From Armatimonadota bacterium (GTDB taxonomy: Bacteria; Armatimonadota; HRBIN16): DNA of 64,000 nucleotides. Of the stretch, positions 9,600 through 18,699 are shown piece by piece. How positions within the stretch are numbered: position 1 is the first letter of the stretch; each line of letters opens with the position of its first letter. The position numbers and the translations under genes were made by a program. Under the pieces are notes generated by a model. That model did no database searches and was not told the origin of the DNA. It saw nothing but the letters and a program-made list of their open reading frames with translations. Location of the stretch: NCBI GenBank assembly GCA_963677485.1, contig OY781964.1:1632001-1696000 (forward strand). Direction: 5' to 3'.

Positions 9600-11525
9600 C
9601 TAGAACTTTACGCTCAACTGAGCTAAAGCAACACCGGCCTTTTGATCACGGCCCAGAATCGTGCCGTCCGTCAGACCTGGCTCAAAGTAAGTGTTGCCCT
9701 TCGTATTCACGTCAATCAGCTGGTACATCAGTTTGAGGCTGGTGTTCTCAGCCACTGCCATATTGCCATACACAGTGATGTAGTTCTCATACGGGCGGGT
9801 ACGGGTTCCAACTACGGTGGTGTAGTTCTTCAGATCCCATAGCACCGCTTCGTATTCTACACCAAGGGTGGTGGTGTCAGTCATCTTCCACGCCAGGTTA
9901 GCATCAATATGACCAAGCTTGTCCTGTGGTGTGAATGGACTGGTGACACCCTTCTCGGTGCTACGGATCCCTTCAAAATACCCACCGTTGATGAGAAGGT
10001 CAAGCTTGCTTGTCTTCCAGTTGAGTTCACCGATCACCCCCTTGATACCAGTGGGGTTGATCCACGATCCTAAGCTAACCCAATAACCCGGGCTAATGAA
10101 GTAAGGTGCGAACTCCCGGTAGCCGATGCCGAGGTATCCGCTTTCGCCAATGCCGTAACGGAAACCAGCCATGATGGCATAGTTCTTTGAGGACAGCTTC
10201 GTTGAGTCGCCCTTCATCAGGTCACTCTGAGCGTAGTTAGCATAGACGTTGGTGCGCGGAAGCAGATCATTCCAAAGTAAGTCTGCACCATAAAGCCCCA
10301 GTCGGTTAGTAGGGCCAGTCTGCAGACCAAGGATTTCACCATTCGCCATCGTATCGTAGCCCATCTGTGCGTAGTTCAGTTTTAGGCTGATGTTTTCATT
10401 CGCTTGTATGCCGACCTTGACACCTGCGGATTGTGTGATATCGATGTTGTTCCAGGCGATTCGGACGCTTTGGCCATTGACCGGTAGGGTACTGATGGCC
10501 GTCATCATCATATTATCGGTATACAAGTTGGATCCGACTGTGTTATTCTTGCCAGCCCACAATCCTAACGAGATTGCACCCCAGTTTGTGTCGAGCTTTG
10601 CGCCATCCATGCTGTACAGACCGTTGGAATAACGGTCGATGCTGTTATACCAGTCGACGACTGGCTTTCGCATCAGCAGCGGATTGATGGAGTTTTCGTA
10701 GCGCCCGACAGTCAAGTCAGACTGCTTGCCAAATATGCTGACAGGGGTATTCACCGTCGCTTTCCAAATCACGACGTCTGTAGCTGGCTTGTCGTTGAAT
10801 GAAGCCGAGAACATGGAGGGGCTGCCCAGATAGTTCAGGTAGTTGCCGACAACGATCGTCGCTTCAGTCCTGGTGGTCTCGGAGAGCTGTCCCGTGATAT
10901 TCAGACCGAGTTCGTGAAGCACATTCATGTCGCTCATCAGACTCTTCTTCTGAGTAGGGATGCCGTTCTTGTCGATGGCACTCTTGTTGTCGATCATCTG
11001 GGTTCCGCGTGCGATGAAGTCTATGGTTCCACCGATTTGGATGCGGGCCATTGCATTTTCAATCGCATCAACACGCTTCTGCAGATCGGAGGTCTCCTTC
11101 TTCAGAGCTTCGACATCCACACCTAACGCTGCCAGCTCATCTTGAAATTCTATGGTCAGCTTCTGCGTTTTGGCATAGTCGTCTTTCAGCTTCGCCAAGT
11201 CTTCGGCAACCTTGGGGTCGAGTTTAGTCTCCACTTTGGTGATGGTTTCACCGGGTTTAACCACGCCGCTTTTGGCCTCAAGAGCACCCATGCGGATTTT
11301 CAGGAGGGCCAACGCATCGCGCAGGGCTATGGCGAACTCGTAACGGGTCAGATTGCGGTTTCCCTTGAATGTGCCATCAGGATATCCGTTGATGATGCCA
11401 TCATTGGCCAATTCCTGTACGGCGTCGTAGGCCCAGTGACCGGTGGGCACGTCAGGAAAGGTCTGGGCAAAAGCCGATGAGCTGATGAGCAGTACAACAC
11501 TCAAACTAACGATAATGCGGTTCAT
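9600..11525 (-). CDS. SLH-domain outer-membrane beta-barrel protein (OmpM-like), paralog A
   Basis: Signal peptide, FPDVPTGHWAYDAV...GYPDGTFKGNRNLTRYE SLH, coiled coil EFQDELAALG, C-terminal AQLSVKF; start at MNRII behind GGAGG. Confidence 0.9.
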   Translation of the reverse strand: MNRIIVSLSVVLLISSSAFAQTFPDVPTGHWAYDAVQELANDGIINGYPDGTFKGNRNLTRYEFAIALRDALALLKIRMGALEAKSGVVKPGETITKVETKLDPKVAEDLAKLKDDYAKTQKLTIEFQDELAALGVDVEALKKETSDLQKRVDAIENAMARIQIGGTIDFIARGTQMIDNKSAIDKNGIPTQKKSLMSDMNVLHELGLNITGQLSETTRTEATIVVGNYLNYLGSPSMFSASFNDKPATDVVIWKATVNTPVSIFGKQSDLTVGRYENSINPLLMRKPVVDWYNSIDRYSNGLYSMDGAKLDTNWGAISLGLWAGKNNTVGSNLYTDNMMMTAISTLPVNGQSVRIAWNNIDITQSAGVKVGIQANENISLKLNYAQMGYDTMANGEILGLQTGPTNRLGLYGADLLWNDLLPRTNVYANYAQSDLMKGDSTKLSSKNYAIMAGFRYGIGESGYLGIGYREFAPYFISPGYWVSLGSWINPTGIKGVIGELNWKTSKLDLLINGGYFEGIRSTEKGVTSPFTPQDKLGHIDANLAWKMTDTTTLGVEYEAVLWDLKNYTTVVGTRTRPYENYITVYGNMAVAENTSLKLMYQLIDVNTKGNTYFEPGLTDGTILGRDQKAGVALAQLSVKF

Positions 11526-11625
11526 GTAGTTCCTCCTGCAGATTAATGGCTGGAAGGTCGACGATGGATTTGCTGTATGCCAGCCGCAAGACGCCACCTA
11601 ACTGAAACCCCAATCATCACATGAA

Positions 11626-11659
11626 CATGATAGAGCCGTCCCAGGTTTCCTCTATCATG
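11626..11659 (-). promoter_or_regulatory. Conserved 5'UTR hairpin of SLH gene A
   Basis: minus strand CATGATAGAG-GAAA-CCTGGGACGG-CTCTATCATG. Confidence 0.65.
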
Positions 11660-12010
11660 GTGCATGCCTGTTGTTCTTCAGCATTGGCTGACGGCCGGCG
11701 ATGATTCGTGTGTCCGATCACAAAGATGCTTTGCCTTAGCAAGCATCAAGTGCTGTTTTTCAACAGTGAGATAGTCGGGTATTTCTTTTACGGAACACAC
11801 TGCCATGATGGTACCATGCTGACCACAACGAAATCTATAGATATCGAAGCTATTATGCAAATTATTGATATTCGTCTCTCATGGTATTAAGGCACATCAC
11901 GGCTGCGTCCATAGTCACAAAACATGTCGCGTGACTACGAAAGGTCAGGCAACCAAAAAAAGAACCCCCCGGTTTATGGCCGGGGGGTATGAGGCGGTTA
12001 CGGAGTCGAG

Positions 12011-13939
12011 CTAGAACTTAACGCTCAACTGTGCAATCGCGACGCCAGCCTTCTGATAGCGGCCCAAGATTGAGCCATCAGACAGACCTGGTTCGAAGTA
12101 GTTATTGCCCTTGGAGTTCACGTCAATCATCTGATACATCAGTTTCAAGCTCGTGTTCTCTGCAAGTGCCATATTACCATACACAGTTACGTAGTTCTCA
12201 TATGGGCGAGTGCGTACACCAGCAACGTTGGTGTAGTTCTTCAGGTCCCATAATACGGCTTCGTACTCTACACCAAGGGTGGTGGTGTCATTCGTCTTCC
12301 ACGCCAGGTTAGCGTCGACATGGCCGACCTTGTCCTGAGGTGTGAATGGGCTGGTAACACCCTTCTCTGTGGTGCGGATTCCTTCGTAGTAGCCACCATT
12401 GACGGTGAGGTCAATTTTGTTCATGTTCCAGGTCAGCTTGCCATCAACACCCTTGATACCGCTGGGGTTGATCCAAGAGCCGATACGGCCCCAGTAACCA
12501 GGAGTCACGAAGTAAGGAGCTACTTCACGGTAACCTGCGCCGATGGAGATGTTCTCACCGATGCTGTAGTTAAGGCCAGCCAATACGGCATAGTTCTTAG
12601 CGGACAGCTTCGATTTGTCATTCAGCATCAGGTCGCTCTGTGCGTAGTTGGCATACATGTTCAATGCAGGGATCAGGTTGTCCCATGCCATATCTGCGCC
12701 GTATACGCCTAGTCGGTTGGTGGCGCCAGTCTGTAGGCCAAGGATAGAACCATTAGCCATGGTGTCGTAGCCCATCTGAGCATAGTTCAACTTAACCTTG
12801 ATATTCTCGTTCACTTGCATGCCGAGGTTTACACCTGCGGACTGGGTGACGAAGATATAAGGGGTGTTGGCAGTGCGGATGCTCTGGCCAGCCACTGGTA
12901 ATGAGCTGCTAGCAGCCATCAGCAGGTTGTTGCTGGAAAGGTTAGAACCGACGGTGCCGTTCTTACCTGCCCATGCGCCAAGGGTGACGGGGCCCCAGTT
13001 GGTACTGAGTTTTGCGCCGTCCATGCTGTACATGCCGTTGGAATAACGGTCGATGCTGGTGTACCAGTCAACGACGGGCTTGCTCATCAGCAGCGGGTTG
13101 ATTGAGTTCTCGTAGCGACCGACGGTCATGTCAACTTGCTTGCCAAATACGCTAACAGGGGTGTTAACGGTGGCTTTCCAGATGACGATGTCGGTTGCAG
13201 GAGCGTTGTTGTAAGATGCCGGGAAGACGGATGGGCTACCCAAGTAATCCAGCCAGTTGCCAATCACGATGGTTGCATCAGCAGTGGTGGTCTCGGAGAG
13301 CTGGCCTTTGATGTTCAGGCCGAGTTCATGAAGAACATTCATGTCACCCAACAGGCTCTTCTTCTGGGTAGGAATACCGTTCTTGTCGATGGCGCTCTTG
13401 TTGTCGATCAACTGGGTGCCGCGCACTACGAAGTCCACGGTTCCACTGATCTGGAGGCGAGCCATTGCTTTTTCAATAGCATCAACGCGCTTCTGCAGAT
13501 CGGAGGTGTCCTTCTTCAATGCTTCGACATCCACACCTAATGCGGCCAGCTCGTCCTGGAATTCCATAGCAAGCTTCTGCATTTTGGCATAGTCGGCGTT
13601 CAGTTTGGCCACTTCTTCAGCAACCTTGGGGTCGGTTACTGTTTGGACTTTGGTGATGGTTTCGCCAGGTGTGACCACACCGCTTTTGGCTTCGAGAGCA
13701 GCCATGCGGGATTTCAGGGTGGCCAGCGCGTCGCGCAGTGCAAGAGCGAACTCGTAACGGGTTAGGTTACGGTTACCCTTGAATGTGCCATCAGGATATC
13801 CCTTGATAATACCATCATTGGACAATTCCTGGATGGCGTCGTAGGCCCAGTGCCCGGTGGGCACGTCAGGATAGGTCTGGGCAAAGGCTGCGGAGCTGAT
13901 AAGCAGTGCAGCACCCAAGCTAACGATAATGCGGTTCAT
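12011..13939 (-). CDS. SLH-domain outer-membrane beta-barrel protein, paralog B
   Basis: Colinear close paralog of A; same SLH, stalk and AQLSVKF end. Confidence 0.92.
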   Translation of the reverse strand: MNRIIVSLGAALLISSAAFAQTYPDVPTGHWAYDAIQELSNDGIIKGYPDGTFKGNRNLTRYEFALALRDALATLKSRMAALEAKSGVVTPGETITKVQTVTDPKVAEEVAKLNADYAKMQKLAMEFQDELAALGVDVEALKKDTSDLQKRVDAIEKAMARLQISGTVDFVVRGTQLIDNKSAIDKNGIPTQKKSLLGDMNVLHELGLNIKGQLSETTTADATIVIGNWLDYLGSPSVFPASYNNAPATDIVIWKATVNTPVSVFGKQVDMTVGRYENSINPLLMSKPVVDWYTSIDRYSNGMYSMDGAKLSTNWGPVTLGAWAGKNGTVGSNLSSNNLLMAASSSLPVAGQSIRTANTPYIFVTQSAGVNLGMQVNENIKVKLNYAQMGYDTMANGSILGLQTGATNRLGVYGADMAWDNLIPALNMYANYAQSDLMLNDKSKLSAKNYAVLAGLNYSIGENISIGAGYREVAPYFVTPGYWGRIGSWINPSGIKGVDGKLTWNMNKIDLTVNGGYYEGIRTTEKGVTSPFTPQDKVGHVDANLAWKTNDTTTLGVEYEAVLWDLKNYTNVAGVRTRPYENYVTVYGNMALAENTSLKLMYQMIDVNSKGNNYFEPGLSDGSILGRYQKAGVAIAQLSVKF

Positions 13940-14042
13940 GTGGTTCCTCCTTCAGATAATTAACTGAAAGGTAGACGGTGTTTTTTAGGTATACCAGCCG
14001 CAAGCCTCCGTCTAACTGAAACCACAAACATCACATCAACAT

Positions 14043-14070
14043 CATAGAGCCTTCCCAGGTTACCTCTATG
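14043..14070 (-). promoter_or_regulatory. Conserved 5'UTR hairpin of SLH gene B
   Basis: minus strand CATAGAG-GTAA-CCTGGGAAGG-CTCTATG. Confidence 0.65.
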
Positions 14071-14226
14071 TATGATGGACGCCTGCCGTAGGTCATCATT
14101 AGCTGACGGCTGGTTACCAATCGTGTGCCCAATAAGCGGAGATGCGCCGCTTCGGTTAGCATCTACCTCTGTTCCACAACAGAGCAAATATCGGGAAGTG
14201 CCCATTACGCACTACACACTGCCATG

Positions 14227-14256
14227 ATGGTACCATGCTGTTGACACGGAATGCAA
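14227..14256 (-). promoter_or_regulatory. Putative sigma70 promoter of gene B
   Basis: TTGCAT-18 bp-TACCAT with TG extension; the -10 context is conserved upstream of gene A (11808-11813). Confidence 0.5.
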
Positions 14257-14281
14257 TAGATTTCTAGAGTTTTCGGTAAAT

Positions 14282-15358
14282 TTACTGTGAATATCGAAAA
14301 TTTCTCCAAAACTGGTCAAAATCGTCTCTAGAAGGCGGTAGTCGCCAACCCGAAACGGGCGGCATATTGGGGTTGGGCACTACCCATTCGGGGATGACCA
14401 TGGTTGACTGTGCTGTTTTTGGGTTTTGGGCGGTATACCGGGCACTGTTCATAGCCCTCTCCGCTTTATTTAAATGGATCTGAATGTCCATCGCAGTTTT
14501 CTTGATAGAGCCGGGATCAAAACCGAGTGCTTGGAGTTCTCCTGAGAATTCGTAGCACAGGGCGACCTGCGTGACATTGTGTTGACTCAGAATAACACCC
14601 TCAGACAACAGCTTGGTTTCAGTTTCAACATCTTGATGATTATGTGACATTTCGTCGCACCAGCGGTTGACCGCAGCTTCATGCTTTGCTACCATAATCT
14701 CCAAGATGGCGGGTACAGTCATGACCATGCGGGCAAACTCATGTGGTGTGGTTTGCTGATAACTCTCTTTGGTCGGAACCCGAAATCCGGTCAGCACGCC
14801 ATCCGCAATCATCTTCCGGACAGCATCGTACGCCCAATGGTCGGAGTTAACCCCTGGCCCGTCTTGCCTAAACGAAAATAGCGACAATGCTCTTCTGATG
14901 GTGGATATAGCATTTTCTAAATCAGTGCTGAGTTTAGGAGGCTCGGTTACGTCTACAGATCGTGCGGCCAATTCGTCCTGAAATTCAATTGATAGTTTCA
15001 ATACTACCCTTACTTGTTTAGATAGATCAGTGGCAGTTTCAAGTAGCTTCTGGTAACGCTCACGTTCTGTGCGAGACGCCATGGCTATATCCGAGAAGCG
15101 CAGTTTTGGTAGAGCGGGCAGTGCATCCATGTTCTTACGAACCGAATTTACAGCCTCAATGAGGATCGTGGTAGCCTGGTCACGGGTGTATGCGGTATTG
15201 GCATCCACACCGCTCGGTCTTTTGACTACCCCGACTTCCTCCAACTCCTTAAACGCATCATAGGTCCAATGGCCAAGGGGAACAGTGGGACTTATTTGAG
15301 CCATCAGCACGGAACTCATCAGTGCAATCGCGACGATCAGTGAACACACACGGTTCAT
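14282..15358 (-). CDS. Secreted protein with two divergent SLH+stalk modules and no barrel (paralog C)
   Basis: VPLGHWTYDAF...EFQDELAA and VNSDHWAYDAV...EFSGELQALG; start at MNRVCS behind GGAGG. Confidence 0.75.
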   Translation of the reverse strand: MNRVCSLIVAIALMSSVLMAQISPTVPLGHWTYDAFKELEEVGVVKRPSGVDANTAYTRDQATTILIEAVNSVRKNMDALPALPKLRFSDIAMASRTERERYQKLLETATDLSKQVRVVLKLSIEFQDELAARSVDVTEPPKLSTDLENAISTIRRALSLFSFRQDGPGVNSDHWAYDAVRKMIADGVLTGFRVPTKESYQQTTPHEFARMVMTVPAILEIMVAKHEAAVNRWCDEMSHNHQDVETETKLLSEGVILSQHNVTQVALCYEFSGELQALGFDPGSIKKTAMDIQIHLNKAERAMNSARYTAQNPKTAQSTMVIPEWVVPNPNMPPVSGWRLPPSRDDFDQFWRNFRYSQ

Positions 15359-15548
15359 AGTTACCCTCCGTTGTGGCCTGCTCTCAGCAGACCAGTTATG
15401 ATCGAAACGGCACGTGTGAAGATGATATGCATGGTCATGATCACAACGCAACCGATTCATGGACGAACGGTGGAACCCATTTGTTACCACCGATCCGACA
15501 TAAATACGGGGTAAACAGCCTGTTGATCGGTCCGGTTGATACATATAA

Positions 15549-15580
15549 CAAAATGGCTCCCGGACCGAAGTCCGGGAGCC
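15549..15580 (-). terminator. Intrinsic terminator of SLH gene D
   Basis: ggctcccggaccgaagtccgggagcc perfect hairpin (UUCG loop on minus), identical to 18653-18678. Confidence 0.75.
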
Positions 15581-15601
15581 CGAGTTGGTGGCAGGATGCT
15601 G

Positions 15602-17440
15602 CTAGAACTTCACGCTCAACTGAGCCACGCCCACGCCGCTGGTACCGGCATCACCGAAGATGCTCGCGGTGTTCGAAGAGGCAGAGCGTACGTCTGCTAC
15701 TTGATAAAGCAGCCGAAGTGCTGTGTTCTCCGCCAACGTCAGGGTGCTGTTCAAGGTGATGAAGCTTTGCGTCGGGTGGTAACCGGTGTTCCGCTGGTTC
15801 CACACCACAGTTTCATAATCGACGCCAAGGTTCAGATTTGAGTTGACAGAGTAGCTGAGCTTCAGCAAACCATGGGCCAGGTTATCTATCTTGGACACCG
15901 GGGCACCATTTAGTCGGATGGTTTCATACCAGCCGCCATTCAGTCCTACCCCTAATTTTCCTGTCGTCCAGTTGATGCCGCCATATGGCCCCTTCACTCC
16001 AGTAGGGTTGGTGATACTGCCCACGCGTCCCCAGTTTCCTGGAGCCGAGAACTTCGGTTGGACCTCCAGGTAGCCAGCACTGAACTTCAGGCTTTCGTTC
16101 GCGGCATATCCCACGCCTGTATTGATCGCGTAGTTCTGGGAGTTCTCCTTCTGCACATCGTTCTTGTTCAGGTTGCTCTGTGCATAGTCTGCGAATAGGC
16201 TCACTCCGCCGATCAGGTTCTTCACCTTCAGCCCGCCGCCAAACGCCTCAAGCCGGTTGGTCTCAACTACGCGGGGACCAACTACCGCTGGCTGGTATCC
16301 AAAAGCGGCATACGCTGCATTCAACGAGATATTGTCGTTGATGGCATATCCCAGAGTGACACCAGCACTCTGCTCTATGTCCAGGTTGTTGCTGTTGTTG
16401 ACAGCCTGGAACTGACCGTTAACGAAATTCGCGACATCATTGGATTTGACGGTGTTGTTCTTGCCAGCAAACAGGCCAACCGAAAGTCCGCCAAAGGAGG
16501 TGCTCAGTTTTGCCCCATCAAGACTGTAGTTGCCGTTGTCATAGGCTGCGATGTTCACATAACGGTCGTTGTCTGGCCTGCTGAAAATGAAGTAGTTGAC
16601 TTGGTGCTCATAGCGGCCTACCGTAAGGTCCACTGCCTTTCCGAACAGTGTTACCGGTAGGTTGGCTTCAGCCTTCCAGATGGCGATATCTGTATTCGGG
16701 CTTTCATTCACACCCTTGAATTGCGATGCGCTACCGTTCAGATAGGACAGGTAGTTGCTGACCAGTATAGTGGCTGAACCTGTTGCGGTGTCACTGAGTT
16801 TTGCGTCCAGGTTCAGTGCCAGGTCGTGAAGCACAGACACATTCGAAAGCAAACTGCCAGGTTTGGTGGTGTTAGTGTTCAAGTCAGGAATCCCGTTGCC
16901 GCTGAAACTCTGGCTTGACCTGGCGATCAAGTTTAGATCGGCTCCGATTTTCAGTCTGGCTTGAGCGGATTCAATGGCAGCCACCCGCTTCTGTAGATCC
17001 GCATCATCCTTCTTCAGAGCTTCCACATCTACGCCGAGAGCCGCGAGTTCATCCTGGAATTCGGTGGCAAGTTTCTGAAGCTTCACACTGTCAGTCGCCA
17101 ACCTGGTGATCTCTTCACTCACCTTCGGATCTGTTCCAGTATCGGTCTTGTTGATCACGGTGGGGCCAGCAGCCGGCTTGTTAGCGGATGCTTCCAGTGC
17201 AGACAGGCGGGTTCGGACCGTGGTCAGTGCATCGCGAATGGCAAGTGCGAACTCGTAACGGGTGAGGTTGCGGTTGCCCTTGAATGTACCGTCTGGATAT
17301 CCCTTGATGATGCCGTCCTGGGTGAGTTCCGTGATGGCATCGTAGGCCCAGTGACCGGTCGGAACGTCGGGGTAGGTCTGTGCGTGAACCGCCGTGGCAA
17401 CCAGCAGCAAGGCACTGAAACCAGATAGAGTGCGTTTCAT
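15602..17440 (-). CDS. SLH-domain outer-membrane beta-barrel protein, paralog D
   Basis: YPDVPTGHWAYDAI SLH, stalk, AQLSVKF; start at MKRTLS behind GGAGG. Confidence 0.9.
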   Translation of the reverse strand: MKRTLSGFSALLLVATAVHAQTYPDVPTGHWAYDAITELTQDGIIKGYPDGTFKGNRNLTRYEFALAIRDALTTVRTRLSALEASANKPAAGPTVINKTDTGTDPKVSEEITRLATDSVKLQKLATEFQDELAALGVDVEALKKDDADLQKRVAAIESAQARLKIGADLNLIARSSQSFSGNGIPDLNTNTTKPGSLLSNVSVLHDLALNLDAKLSDTATGSATILVSNYLSYLNGSASQFKGVNESPNTDIAIWKAEANLPVTLFGKAVDLTVGRYEHQVNYFIFSRPDNDRYVNIAAYDNGNYSLDGAKLSTSFGGLSVGLFAGKNNTVKSNDVANFVNGQFQAVNNSNNLDIEQSAGVTLGYAINDNISLNAAYAAFGYQPAVVGPRVVETNRLEAFGGGLKVKNLIGGVSLFADYAQSNLNKNDVQKENSQNYAINTGVGYAANESLKFSAGYLEVQPKFSAPGNWGRVGSITNPTGVKGPYGGINWTTGKLGVGLNGGWYETIRLNGAPVSKIDNLAHGLLKLSYSVNSNLNLGVDYETVVWNQRNTGYHPTQSFITLNSTLTLAENTALRLLYQVADVRSASSNTASIFGDAGTSGVGVAQLSVKF

Positions 17441-17522
17441 GTTCGTATTCCTCCATGTAGTGTGTGTGTCTGGTGATAGGAGCTGCACCAAACCCTCAAC
17501 ACCCACAATGCGCTATCTGAGT

Positions 17523-17548
17523 CAAGAGCCTTCCCAGGTTTCCTCTTG
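17523..17548 (-). promoter_or_regulatory. Conserved 5'UTR hairpin of SLH gene D
   Basis: minus strand CAAGAG-GAAA-CCTGGGAAGG-CTCTTG. Confidence 0.65.
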
Positions 17549-17668
17549 CCACACGGACTCGCTCGTGTCATGACTGAAGGGTCATAGCATCTCTTTAATT
17601 CACCGCAGGCAGATCGGAATGATCATTTTATTCCGTTGTTGACTATTCCGCTCTGCTTTATATGTTTT

Positions 17669-17697
17669 ATCATACCATGCCAAATCCTGGATGTCAA
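17669..17697 (-). promoter_or_regulatory. Near-consensus sigma70 promoter of gene D
   Basis: TTGACA-17 bp-TATGAT with TG extension. Confidence 0.7.
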
Positions 17698-17763
17698 ATC
17701 TTGGATGCAAACCGTCTTTTCATCATGAGGTGGATATGAAACGAGGTTGTTTGTATATGGAGG

Positions 17764-18225
17764 AGCACCCGCCCATGCTGACACGGCGGCCTATGAAGTA
17801 GCTGATGATGTCACACTGAGGCGACACAGTGATAATCGGGTGGCTGTACGCCTCTGTTGCAGCCCAGCGTTGCCTATGTCCGGGGCGGTCTGTGCGCAGG
17901 CTAGCGGATGCAGAAGGCTCAAGACCGCGCCGGTCTGGCGGACAGCCACCAAAGATTCGTGTCAGGAACAAGCACCCGCCCGTGCATGCACGGCAGTCCT
18001 GGGTATAGCTGATGATGTCACACTGAGGCGACAGAGTGATATTCGAATGGCTGTATGCCTCTGTGGCAGCCGAGCGTGGCCTATGTCCGGGGCGGTCTGT
18101 ACGCAGGCTAACGGATGCAGAAGGCTCAAGACCGCGCCGGTCTGGCGGACAGCCACGAAAGATTTGTGTCAGGAATAAGACCGGCCCGTGCATGCACGGC
18201 AGCCCAAGGAGTAGCTGATGATGTC
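17764..18225. repeat. Tandem repeat, ~207-bp unit, about 2.2 copies
   Basis: tagctgatgatgtc recurs at 17799, 18006 and 18212; units highly similar. Confidence 0.9.
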
Positions 18226-18273
18226 CGCTTCAAGAGTTACGAGATACAAGGGGGTTCCGAGAATAATAAGTCA

Positions 18274-18497
18274 GTCTATTGCCCATAAATATTGCGTGGC
18301 CAGCAGGTCACCGGTTCCGCGACATAAATGTCTCGGCTATTGAACACCAAGACTGCTGAAGCAGTCTTCATTAACGTTATCTTTGTCGGCAAGGAGCTCC
18401 GCAGCACGGTTTAGCGGGCTTGCTGATCAATAGCCGAGACATTTATGTCGCGGCACATGGTCGATACGATCCCAATCTGGATATGCGGGTAATAGAC
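18274..18497 (-). mobile_element. MITE-like element, copy 2 (inverted)
   Basis: Reverse complement of 2503-2725 and 44812-45035; ends gtctattgccca...gggtaatagac. Confidence 0.75.
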
Positions 18498-18643
18498 CGT
18501 CCTTTAAGGCGAGGGGGGGGTATATGAATTTTGGGTATTGGACTGCGCTTTAGCGCGTGGTGCGGTAGTTATGTTTAACTACGACAAAACCCCACTCCGA
18601 CCTTTGGGTAACCTACTGGGTGCAAAGAAGAATCCGTGACTAA

Positions 18644-18678
18644 AACAAAAAAGGCTCCCGGACCGAAGTCCGGGAGCC
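18644..18678 (-). terminator. Intrinsic terminator of SLH gene E
   Basis: Perfect hairpin followed by a T7 run on minus strand. Confidence 0.85.
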
Positions 18679-18699
18679 AGAGTTGGATACGGGAAGCTA

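Noticed and set aside
17723-18193. ORFs on both strands across the tandem repeat
   Set aside because: By-products of the repeat, with no protein-like features
17764-18225. Possible CRISPR array (recurring tagctgatgatgtc)
   Set aside because: Intervening sequences are near-identical and the period is ~207 bp; no unique spacers or cas genes
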